Assembly: GCA_051294375.1 (NCBI GenBank)
Contig: CM119265.1
Span: 26,015,748 to 26,079,747, forward strand
Reading direction: 5' to 3'
DNA length: 64,000 nucleotides
Origin: Paraspadella gotoi
Lineage: Eukaryota; Animalia; Chaetognatha
Made by a program: the position numbers and the translations under genes. The notes under the pieces were generated by a model. It made no database searches and was not told the DNA's origin. It saw nothing but the letters and a program-made list of their open reading frames with translations. Shown in pieces: positions 1 through 12,736 of this stretch; the first letter of the stretch is position 1, and each line of letters begins with the position of its first letter.

Positions 1-301
1 CGTCGGTGGTGGACGGCGTCCGTCTCTGTCCGTCCGTCCGTCCGTCCGTCTCCCCGACGCTTTGGAAGATGAAGCAAGAGGCGCGTTTGAGCTTCTGACA
101 AGAGCGAAGGATTCTGTCCGGGAGACTGATGCCGACGTCGAAGCCTAAAGTGGGGGGGGGGAGCGTGGAGGAAATAAATAGTCAATCTTAAAATCGGTTT
201 TAAAAATTATTCAATCAATAAATTTATTTATAAATTAATTAATTATGTAGTCGGGCATTGCCTAGGTTCACCCCGCGTATAAGCATGTTACATTCAGTCC
301 T

Positions 302-530
302 GACCCGGTGGCTCATTGAGTAAAGCCATCAGCTCATGACCACTAGGTACCGGGTTCAATCCCAACCCGGTACCTACCCTGTGGGAAGCGTGAGGACGGC
401 CGCAAGCCGTATTGGGGGTGTGACGAACCCTCAAGCCTGGTTCCAAGCCCAGGACCCGTTCCATAGCTTCTAAAGGGGGTTATAGAAGTTCCGGATAGTC
501 ATCTTCTGCCCACTTAGCGCCTTATCCACA
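302..530 (+). mobile_element. tRNA-derived SINE-like element with a highly structured, twister-ribozyme-like body
   Basis: Pol III A box TGGCTCATTGAG (309-320) and B box GGTTCAATCCC (353-363) at tRNA spacing, CT-CAT-GA anticodon-like loop, imperfect cloverleaf, then ~150 nt with several hairpins; GC-rich island in AT-rich flanks. Confidence 0.7.
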
Positions 531-807
531 TATATTTATATATTTTTTATAAAATTTAGTCTAAACAATGTATTTTGCCGGTTAGACTTTCTTAAAAACT
601 GGCGATTTTGGCCATACTTTTAAAAATATTAGTCAGCCCAGCATCATGAATGGTAAGACAAAAAGAATTATGTAACTGCTGTAATTTTAAAGCAATTGGA
701 TCTTGAAGCAATTGAAGCACTGTCCTTTCTCAACTCTGTGTTGGAAAATTTACTATCTCTCTCTCTCTCTCTCTCTCTCGTCTCCTCTCTCTCTCTCTCT
801 CTCTCTC

Positions 808-841
<34 letters not shown>

Positions 842-2705
842 TCTAAAAATCTTTTAACCAAATAAAGACTGTTTTATATTGAGTACATTATTATCAATGC
901 GTTGTGACGAGCCTCGTCGTTTTTCGACTTCAATCGTCGTCCGTTTCTTCGTCGTCGTCGTCCTCCATCGTCGTCGCAATTCTCCACCTGCCGGACTAAG
1001 CATCGACGAGACTGACTCAAGCGACATCTCTTCTTCATTAAAAATTCAGTTTAGTAAACAAAATCTCGAGAAAAAAAAATGAATAATTGGTTATTTGTCG
1101 TCGTCATCGTCGTAGTCGCTTTCGTCAACCGGGACTTTTTCGTTGTCAGGGTTGTCATTGTTTTCGACTTCAACGTCGTCTTCATCATCGTCTTTTTCGT
1201 CGTCGTCATCGTCTTCATCGTCGACATGGTCGTCATCCTTTTCGTNNNNNNNNNNNNNNNNNNNNNNNNNNNNNNCGTCGTCGTCGTCTTGCTCAATATG
1301 CAAATCCAGCCAAACATTCAAACATCAGAAGCGTCGAAAGAAACAGAAGAGAATCAGGATTTTGTTTCATGTTTTTTTTTGTGTTTTTTTTTATGCGCGA
1401 ATTCTGAAATCAGGAAAAACAAGAAGCTTTATTCAGCTTTATTGCTTGTTTTTTTGCTTGTTTTCGTCTACGTCAACTGGGAGCTTTTGCTTGTCATCGT
1501 TTTATTTCGTTGTTTAAAATAAGGATTGAGAGAAAAAAAAAAAACCTGTCTGTTTGTTGATCTGTCTGTGCGTCTTTCTGTCCGTACGAACCCGTCTACT
1601 CCTTTTGTCTGTCTGTTGTCCGCTCTGTCATTCTATCCGTCTAGTCTTTAGGGTTTCCGTTTGTTCTTCGACTTGAAGTTTCTTTCCGTTTTCGTTCTAC
1701 TAATTTATACGTGCCGCGTCCGTACGTGCGCTGTCCGTCTCCCCCGCCTTTCCCAAACCTACCATACCGACGCACACAAGCACCTACTAACTTCAACAAC
1801 CGGGCGATCGTTCCCGACGGAGCACTGTTCGCCTCCCTGATGGGCATTGGGTGAAAGTTCTAACACCAGCAACCGCAGCGAGCTGAGAAGTGCGCGTGTG
1901 TGAGAGCTTAAGAGGCAGCGTCCGTCGACATGATCGAGGACGTCGAAGGAAGATGGTGAAGCGTGAAGTGAGTGAGGACACCCACACGAAGGACGGAAAA
2001 AGCAGCCAGAAGAAACGATGACAAGAGGAAGAGCAGGAGAGAGAGAAGAATGATAAGTGAGAGAGCCCGATTCGTTCGTAGGGAGACAGAGGAGAGAGAT
2101 CCGAAGAGTAGCAGAGAGAGAGAGACGAGAGAGCAGAGAGAGAGAGAGAGAGGGAGAGAGAGAGAGGAAAAGGGGGGAAGTGGATGTCAGGAGAAAGTTG
2201 ATTGTAATAAAAAATGACGCTCTTTTAACGAAAACTAAATACTCATCATTAAGATTGATTCTCTCTCTTTTGCTGCCCAGCGTTCACACTCCCATATCAT
2301 ACAACAATCTAATGACGCCATCGTCATAGCTAGAAATAATATCCTTATGTTAAAGTTAAGTATTTTTTTTGTCAAGACGAAAACACGAATCTGTAATAAA
2401 TCGTGTTCGTGAGAAGAAAATAATGTTCCAAACAAAAAGAGAAGGAAAGTCGAAGTCATTTGACTCTTTGTTTACGATCTGACGATTTTTAACATTTTGA
2501 ACATCATTTCTGCCCGATTTGACGAGGCAGCAGAACGTGATTCTGGTGTCGACGAAAGAGAGGCAAGAGGAGAGACGATGTCAAGAGAGACGAGAGAGAG
2601 AGAAGAAGATGGAGAGACGCCAGCAGTACGAGAGAGAGAGGAGAGAGAGAAGAGAGAAGAGAAAAAGAAGAGAGAGAGGAGAGAGAGACATACAGACAGA
2701 CTGAC

Positions 2706-2864
2706 CTTTGCTATGGCGATTACCTCGGTGGTGGACGGCGTCCGTCTCTGTCCGTCGTCGTCGTCCGTCTCCCCGACGCTTTGGAAGATGAAAGCAAGAG
2801 GCGCGTTTGAGCTTCTGACAAGAGCGAAGGATTCTGTCCGGGAGACTGATGCCGACGTCGAAGC
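2706..2864 (-). CDS. Possible exon of an unknown gene (partial duplicate at 1-144); frame unresolved
   Basis: On the - strand: acceptor ccccactttag| and donor AAG|gtcagt around a GC-rich segment; a second candidate exon lies at ~2478-2542 (caccag| ... |gtaaac). Confidence 0.35.
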
Positions 2865-3018
2865 CTAAAGTGGGGGGGGGAGCGTGGAGGAAATAAATAG
2901 TCAATCTTAAAATCGGTTTTAAAAATTATTCAATCAAATAAATTTAATTTATAAATTAATTAATTATGTAGTCGGGCATTGCCTAGGTTCACCCCCGCGT
3001 ATAAGCATGATAATCGCT

Positions 3019-3252
3019 GACCCGGTGGCTCATTGTGTAAGCCATCAGTCTCAATGACCACTACGTTACCGGGTTCAATCCCAACCCCGGTACCTACCCT
3101 GTGGGAAGGCGTGAGAGACGGCGGTAAGCCGCCTTGACGGTGTGGCGAACCCTCAAGCCAGCGTTCAAGCCCAGGACCCGTTCAATAAGCTACAAAGGGG
3201 GTTATAGAAGTTACGGATAGTCATCTTCTGCCCACTTAAGCGCCTTATCCAC
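3019..3252 (+). mobile_element. Second (indel-rich) copy of the tRNA-derived SINE, inside the duplicated block
   Basis: Colinear with 302-530 and with the same flanks. Confidence 0.65.
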
Positions 3253-3501
3253 ATATTATTTATATATTTTTTATAAAATTTAGTTAACAATGTATTTTTG
3301 CCGGTTAGACTTTCTTAAAAACTGGCGATTTTGGCCATACTTTAAAAATATTAGTCAGCCCAGCTTCAATGAATGGTAAGACAAAAAGAATTATGTAACT
3401 GCTGTAATTTGTAAAGCAATTGGATCTTGAAGCATTGAAGCACTGTCCTTTCTCAACTCTGTGTTGGAAATTTACTAATCTCTCTCTCTCTCTCGTCTCT
3501 C

Positions 3502-3549
<48 letters not shown>

Positions 3550-5135
3550 CTCTCATCTCTCAAATTCTAAAAATCTTTTAACCAAATAAAGACTGTTTTA
3601 TATAGTACATTATTATCAATGCGTTGTGACGACCCTCGTCGTTTTCGCTTCAATCGTCGTCGCTATCTCGTCGTCGTCGTCCTCCATCGTCGTCGCAATT
3701 CTCCACCTGCGGACTAAGCACGACGAGACTGACCTCAAGCGACATCTCTTCTTCATTAAAAATTCAGTTTAGTACAAAATCTCGAGAAAAAAAAAATGAA
3801 TAATTGGTTATTTGTCGTCGTCATCGTCGTATTCGCTTTCGTCAACGGTCTTTTTCGTTGTCAGGGTTGTCATTGTTTTCGACTTCAACGTCCGTCTTCA
3901 TCATCGTGCTTTTTTCGTCGTCGTCATCGTTCTTCATCGTCGACTATGTCGTCATCCTTTCGTGCCATCGTCGTCGTCGTCGTCGTCTTTTCTCGTCGTC
4001 GTCTCTGCTCAATATGCAAATCCAGCCAAACATTCAAACATCAGAAGCGTCGAAAGAACAGAAGAGAATCAGGATTTTGTTTCATGTTTTTTTTTTGTGT
4101 TTTTTTTTTATGCGCGAATTCTGAAATCAGGAAAAACAAGAAGCTTTATTCAGCTTTATTGCTTGTTTTTTGCTTGTTTTCGTCTACGTCAACCTGGGAG
4201 CTTTTGCTTGTCATCGTTTTATTTCGTTGTTTAAAATAAGGATTAGAGGAGAGAAAAAGAGAGAAAGAGAAGAGAGAGAGAGAGAGAGAGAGAGAATGGA
4301 ATATGGTAAGTTGCAATAAAGAAAATAATAATAAAATGTAGAAATAGAAAAATTNNNNNNNNNNNNNNNNNNNNNNNNNAAAAAAAAGAAAATAATAATA
4401 CAAAAACAGAAAAAAATTTAACAAAAGAAAGAAAAACAAAATAAAGCGAAGATTTTGAAAATCGTTTTCTAATCACAAGAGAGACTGAGAGCGAGAGGTT
4501 CTGCCGAGAGAAAGGATTAGGACTTTTTAGGCTTTCAAGGTGTTGATGCTTTTTTTTGCTTTTAAAGCAGTTTTCTTCGCTGGTTTTTTTTAAAGCCGAT
4601 TCCTGTTTTTTTTTGCGGCGAAACGAAAAATCGATTCAACTATAAAAGAAAAAACGTTTTTCTATTTTTTTTTAAATTTTTTTTCTTCATTTTTTTCCAT
4701 TTTTCTAAGAAGCGACTTTTTCGTGGAATTTTTATGATTTTATATCAAAGTGAAATGAAGGAGACGACGACGACGACGACGATGACAACGACGATGACGA
4801 CGATGACAACGACGACGACGATGACAACGACGACCAGGCCGCGAACGATTCCTCTATTTGTTTATTACATTTGTTAAACACTTTTCTCATTAGTATTTTT
4901 TCAAAGAAATTTAATCATAAACATCCGAGACCTGAAACCTCTTATCTCTCAATCTGAGAAGTCATCTCAAGGATATCTAAGATTGGAGAGTTTTAATCCC
5001 CGATTAGAGAATTTTAATACCCGATTGGCTCAAGTCCCTTTATACGAAGACCGCTCTCTTTCTTTCTCGAGATAAGATTAGCTTTTTGCTTTTTATTTTT
5101 TTCTCGACGAAAGTTTAAAACAAGTTTGACAACTA

Positions 5136-5508
5136 TTTAGTTGCGCCGCGAGTACTCGCGGAGCAACTCTAAAAGTCACTTTTCGGTCGGTCTGTCGGTC
5201 CGTCGGTCTGTCCCACTTACGTTAAAAAATGCATATAATTTTTTTACGGTTGGTTGCTCTTTTGTTTAGACAGAAAAAATCTCAAATCTAAGTGACTGCA
5301 ACCGCCGCCTTCAGGAAATCCTAAAACTAAAATAGAATAAAAGACGGAAATTTGATATAGGGCATATCATAAATACACGGGCTAAGAAAGTTATTGTCGT
5401 CATGTTATGTCACGTTATGTCATATCATGTCACTTCATGTCATGTCACGAGAAATACACGTTATAAGGAAGTCCTACGGCGCAACACATTTGAATTACCG
5501 TTCTTGTT
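5136..5508 (+). mobile_element. Non-autonomous Helentron/DINE-1-like element (HINE), family A, full length
   Basis: 5' subterminal IR GTTGCGCCG with adjacent palindrome GCGAGTACTCGC and partial IR GGAGCAACT, GGTC/GTCT microsatellite, internal (CATGT)n, 3' subterminal IR CGGCGCAAC (5477-5485), terminus TTCTTGTT in a T-rich site. Confidence 0.75.
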
Positions 5509-5884
5509 TGTTTTTAGAAAAGAAAAATTGAAATGAATCTTAGACTTAAATATTTTTTTCTTCACTTCCACAAAGTAAAGTCTTTTTTTGAAAATTCATA
5601 CTGATTGTAAAATAAACTTTTTTCTTATATCGTTACTTTTTTTAGATTTAATTTCCGCTTTAATTTTTCTTTAATCCCATTTCATTTATTCAATTTTATA
5701 TTAAAAGTTTTAAAATTCTTATTTGTTTCTATTCCATTTATGAAATTGGTACAACCAATATAAAAATTATCCATTAATTTAATAAATATGCCCCTGACTT
5801 TGGACTTTGAACTTTGGACTTTATATTCTTTGAACCACAGTCTCATTTTCGCGACTTCTCGTCTCCAAGCGAACCCGGACGATC

Positions 5885-7138
<1,254 letters not shown>

Positions 7139-7811
7139 CGACGACGACGACGACGACGACAACAACGATACCGAATTAAAGAAATTAAAGACGCTTACAA
7201 TGAGTGATACAATCAATAAGATTATCATCTCATGTTGTCATATTGACCATGAAGACAAAATGATGGTAAGATGACGAACACCGAATGAAAACCGAAACTA
7301 TTCATTATTTGTACCTACTAAAACGGACGTGACAATGGAACAACGTGACAACGTGATAACGTGACAACTTGCAAACAACGACTGCGAAAAAATCTCTAGA
7401 ATTAAAAACAAAACAGAAATCAGCGGATCAAAAAAAAACAAAAACAAAAACTAAAGAAACAAAGGAAACGAAACAAGATGAATTTCTGATGTTCCTCTGT
7501 TTTCTCTTTTTGTCAATTTTTTTCTTTAATTTTTTTCTTAGCAATGGTTTAATGTGTTTCGGTTTTTATTTACGTTTTTGTCTTTTTTTATTAATATTTT
7601 AACAGCGATAAAAAAACTGATATTTGAAAAAAAAATGAGAAGCCGTCAAAAGCTGAAAGGCGCGAGAAAATTTTAAAATTAAAAAAAAAAAAAAAACAAA
7701 TTAAAAAAATAAAAATTCTGCGTTTCGTCTGGAATTTCCTCTTATCTTTCTCCCCGCGACTTTTTTTTGTTTTATGTTCGTTCGTGGTTGCCAAGGAAAC
7801 GTGTCAGAGAG

Positions 7812-7910
<99 letters not shown>

Positions 7911-8318
7911 TTGTTCCGCACTCAGGCTTCTCCGCCTCTGACCATCTCAAACCAGTGACCTTTTTCGTCAACCGTTTTTACTTCTCTACCAAACTCAGTT
8001 TTTATCATCATCTCAAACGACCCTTCTACCTCTAACCTCTCACTTTTTTTTGGCATCTTTGACCTCTTGACCCATCTCTAACACTCTGACCTCTTATCCG
8101 ACCATCTATCGACCCGGGTCGCTCAACCACGCTCACTCCTCCCTCCAACAGGACAGGTCATGCCTCCGCCGGCTCCACTCTCAACTCCTTTGCCAACTCC
8201 TCTGCCCGCTCTCCATCGTCATCAACGAACCACGATAATTTTCCGGCGTCGATGGAATCTCATAGTCAAACGGCGCCGGTTTCGAGATGGCGCCCCCGGC
8301 GCGGAAAGGACGCCGACG

Positions 8319-8628
8319 ATGACGACGACCTTCAAACGTAGACTCATTTTCCTTTCGACTTTCGTCGTTTTCATCTTCGCTTCTTCGGAGTCGGCAGCGT
8401 CGGCAGAATCGGCCGAGTCGGCAAGATTCGATCCGGCTGCGTCGGCAAACATCACTTTGCCGGTGAACGTCGCTTCACCAATCGTTGAGAACGACGAGAC
8501 GTTTCCTCCGGACGCGAGAGGCGACAACAACAACAACAACAACGACGACGACCACGAAGAAGTGGATAGCGTGAATCCTCCTTATAAAAATCACAAACTG
8601 GTGAAAATCATTCTCTTGATCTACGGAG
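8319..8628 (+). CDS. Carboxypeptidase first coding exon (signal peptide plus start of propeptide); upstream in-frame ATG at 8160
   Basis: Hydrophobic stretch after basic residues (MTTTFKRRLIFLSTFVVFIFA); strong donor G|gtaagt at 8629. Confidence 0.7.
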
Positions 8629-9610
8629 GTAAGTGAACGACAGGAGGTGAGAAAACGAGAAAAAGGAAAGACAGAAAGAAAGATAAAAAGAAAAAAGAAA
8701 GAAAGATAGAAAGAAATAGAGGTAAATAGAAACAAAAAACGGAAGAGTAAAAAGAACAACTAAATCATGAAAATTTAAAAAACCAAAAATACAAAAAAAA
8801 GAAAAAGAAAAAGAAAACAGCAAAAACAGAGCATAAATAAAAAGCAAAGCAGGCCTATACATAAAACATTAAAAAAGAAAAAAAATAGAAACCTCCAGGA
8901 GATTCATGACTCGTTTCTCCCATTCATAACACTCAATCATAAATCGCATTCAGAACTCTTATTCATAATCGTAGTCTAGAAATTCCGCTCCGTTTATCAT
9001 GAATCATAAACAGACGGCGAAATCTTTCGCCTTTTAAAAGACTCGAATCTTTTGACTGAACATAAACTCGAAAAATAATGATCATCTTTACAACCGACAG
9101 CGATTTATGCCCTCGGGGCCAAAAGGCTTTTGATGTATGGACCTCTATTACATCCTTCTCTCATCTCCCATTAAGCCTATTACAGCCTTCGTTTTCACAT
9201 AACTTTTTTTCCCCTGCAATTAATCACATCGCTCCCGCGTGTTATTTTTTTGGTGACCGTCGGGAAATGATTTTAAAATAGTTTAGTTTTATTTCATATT
9301 GACAGGTGTTTGATGTAAGTTATTTAAATTTTAAATTATATTATTTCCTTTTTCCTCCACTTTTCTTTTTTTCTTTCCTCCTTATATTTTTCCTCCACCC
9401 TCTTCTCTTTCTCTTCTCCCTCTTCCTCCCTCAGATTTGTCCGACAAAGAGGCTCTCGCATTCTTGAACGAATCCGCCGCCAAAATCGATTCCCTATTGG
9501 ACGAGATGGAAGAGCGGATCGACCAATGGGAACGTCCGGTTTTGATTGACGAATCGATGATATCAGAGATAGGAGTCTTAAATCGAAGAAATCATTTCCT
9601 TTTTAGGCAA

Positions 9611-9671
<61 letters not shown>

Positions 9672-11190
9672 CATTCTCAGTCACATTGTCACAAATCCGC
9701 TTCCAATAATTTTTCTCACATTTAAATGAAATTGGTACAACCAATATAAAAATTATCCNNNNNNNNNNNNNNNNNNNNNNNNNNNNNNNNNNNNNNNNNN
9801 NNNNNNNNNNNNNNNNNNNNNNNNNNNNNNNNNNNNNNNNNNNNNNNNNNNNNNNNNNNNNNNNNNNNNNNNNNNNNNNNNNNNNNNNNNNNNNNNNNNN
9901 NNNNNNNNNNNNNNNNNNNNNNNNNNNNNNNNNNNNNNNNNNNNNNNNNNNNNNNNNNNNNNNNNNNNNNNNNNNNNNNNNNNNNNNNNNNNNNNNNNNN
10001 NNNNNNNNNNNNNNNNNNNNNNNNNNNNNNNNNNNNNNNNNNNNNNNNNNNNNNNNNNGGGGCGACTCGAACGCCATCTCTCGCTTCTCGCGGATCAAAG
10101 CGACCGACTTTGGTTCAGGGTTGAGTTGTTGCACTCGGATTTGCAGGTGGGACGTAGTGAGGCGGAGAATAACAACAATTACAAAAACAACAACAACATC
10201 AACATCATTAACGACAACACAACAACAACAAAAAAAAAAACAACAGTAAAAACATGAACAACGACAGCAACAAACGCAAAACCAAAAAAACTTCACTAAA
10301 GAAAAATACAGAATTATGAGTAATGACACAACAACAACAGCAACAACAACAACAAAACAACAACAACAACAGGAAATCGTCGACGCAGAAGAATTGGAAC
10401 TAAGTCGCCGCAATTCTGACTTCGACGACGACGACGACGACGACGACGACTCCAGCGCCCCTCCGTCGTCCGGCGAGCGGCGTCGCCCGTCCGGAACTCA
10501 AGGCGGACCGGGGACGCCATTTCTCTCTCGATCCGCGTTGGGAAAATTCGCGCCGGTGGAAGAGATTGATAATTATCTCAGGTTTGTGTCGTCAATATCA
10601 TCATTAGCATTATCGTCGTTATCATCTTCATCATTATCATCATCATCATCAACATCGTCATCGCCTTCATCATTGTTACCATCATCGCAATAACGTTATC
10701 ATCAGAATTCGAGTTCTACAGTGTAGACAACACTGTCTCCTTTATTAATTGTGCTCTCTCCCTCGTCCCCTCTCCNNNNNNNNNNNNNNNNNNNNNNNNN
10801 NNNNNNNNNNNNNNNNNNNNNNNNNNNNNNNNNNNNNNNNNNNNNNNNNNNNNNNNNNNNNNNNNNNNNNNNNNNNNNNNNNNNNNNNNNNNNNNNNNNN
10901 NNNNNNNNNNNNNNNNNNNNNNNNNNNNNNNNNNNNNNNNNNNNNNNNNNNNNNNNNNNNNNNNNNNNNNNNNNNNNNNNNNGTTCGCCTCGTCCCTCTA
11001 GCGGAGAGAACCTTCGAAGGTCGAGAAATGCTGCTGCTGCACATTTCCTCCAATCACGCAGCGGCTGCGGCGGGCGCGGCAGCGAAACCTGCGGTGTGGA
11101 TCGAGGGCGGGATCCACGCGCGGGAGTGGTTGTCGCCCGCTGTGGTTCTTTATGTGGTTAACTCTATTGTCAAAGGTGGGTAGAGAGAGA

Positions 11191-11233
<43 letters not shown>

Positions 11234-12701
11234 ATTAACTGGTTGTTTGAAGTTATTTGTTACGGTTCTTTGTCGTTTGTTCTTTGTAATTGTAATTATT
11301 CGCCCTTTGTTTCCTTTCAGAACCGTTTCTATTCATTCAGTGCATTTAAATCTCATTTGCATATTGACGTAATCTAAGCAATATACCGTCAGAGTTTTGT
11401 TATTAAAATTATGGGTTTTTATTTCGAAAAATTAGGGACCGAACGTAATTTACTATTTTTGACAATGATATTTAAAGATGATAAGTTCGTTAAAATATGT
11501 ATATTTTAACGTTTCAAAATATTATATTGCCCCGATCAACTCCATCCGACAACTTAAACTCAGTACGCCTTTTTGAGTGAAAATCTTGTGGCTGTTCAAA
11601 TTTTATAGTCTTGCTATTTACTGTAGCTTCAATTTTGAATCTGCTTCGTTGTCTCAGGACTTTTTTTAAATTAATTATTAAACATCCTGATTTAGGCTAA
11701 CAATTAGTCGAAACATGTCCGTTTTCATTATAATTATATTAATTATAATTTTATAATATCATTGTAACAATTAAAATGTTATTATTTCGTCTCTAAATCA
11801 AACATAGAATTGTAAGAAATAATACGTTTAATAATTTATAATAAAGATAATTATAAAATTAATGATCTACTTTTCACGGGATTCACAATTCACAATTTTC
11901 TTTTCCTCTCAGAGGCTCACGCGCCTTCAGCGAGAAGGAAACTAACAACATGGCGCTCGAAATGATGAAGAGGAAAGGAACAATTCAGATGTTCATCTCA
12001 TTTCATTCATTCGGTCAATACATCCTGACCCCTTGGGGATTCGCTACTGGAAATCCGAGACCGCCTGACTATCAGGTGAGTAACTGAGTATATGATTGGG
12101 AAGTGTCTCTCACTGACTCCTCTCTCTCTCTCTCTCTCCTCTGTTAATATCTTCTTCTATTGTATTAGAGGAGTCGGCTTGTTTTTTTGCCATGTCCATC
12201 GTATTTCCTTTGTATTATTTACAAATCATTTTCTCTCTCTCGGTAAGGACAACTGGCTATCGTCTTCGTTTTTTCCGTTCGTCGTCGGTCGTCGTCGTTT
12301 TTCTCTTGTTTTGTCGTCGTCGAATTACTTTTCTTTTTTCTTTTTCTTAACGAATATCAAATTTAAGTTTTTGAATGTTCTTGAATTCAACACAAAATGA
12401 ATGAGTTATTATAATAAAATCTAAGTATATGCTGAAAAATATATTAAATTTTATATTTATTTTTTAAATTTAATGCAACTTAGTCTGAATATAGTTGAGC
12501 AAAGTAATCTTGAATTCATATGATAATGAACAAAATTTTAAAGGGCGTGTTAAGGCACTGCTACATCAAACCATTTTACCATATCCATGTTTGCCCAAAA
12601 CTTCTCCTTTTAAAACATTATAAACATCTAGTTTCTATCTTCCGTAATATTTATTATTTATTTTTTTATTTATTTTTTTATTATTATTTTTATTTATTAA
12701 T

Positions 12702-12736
<35 letters not shown>

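Larger units (their letters stand above)
1..4250. repeat. Direct duplication: ~1-1540 repeated at ~2722-4250 with many 1-nt indels
   Basis: Colinear sequence (e.g. gaagcctaaagtggggggggg, SINE, aaatccagccaaacattcaaacatcag); indel-dominated differences suggest uncorrected long-read sequence. Confidence 0.9.

Noticed and set aside
302-373. Functional tRNA-Met gene (CAT anticodon loop, A/B boxes)
   Set aside because: The anticodon and acceptor stems pair poorly and the sequence runs straight into a structured body, which fits a SINE head better.
1091-1321. Acidic 76-aa ORF on the - strand
   Set aside because: It is largely (GAC/GAT)n repeat with a gap, and the frame is not maintained in the duplicate copy.
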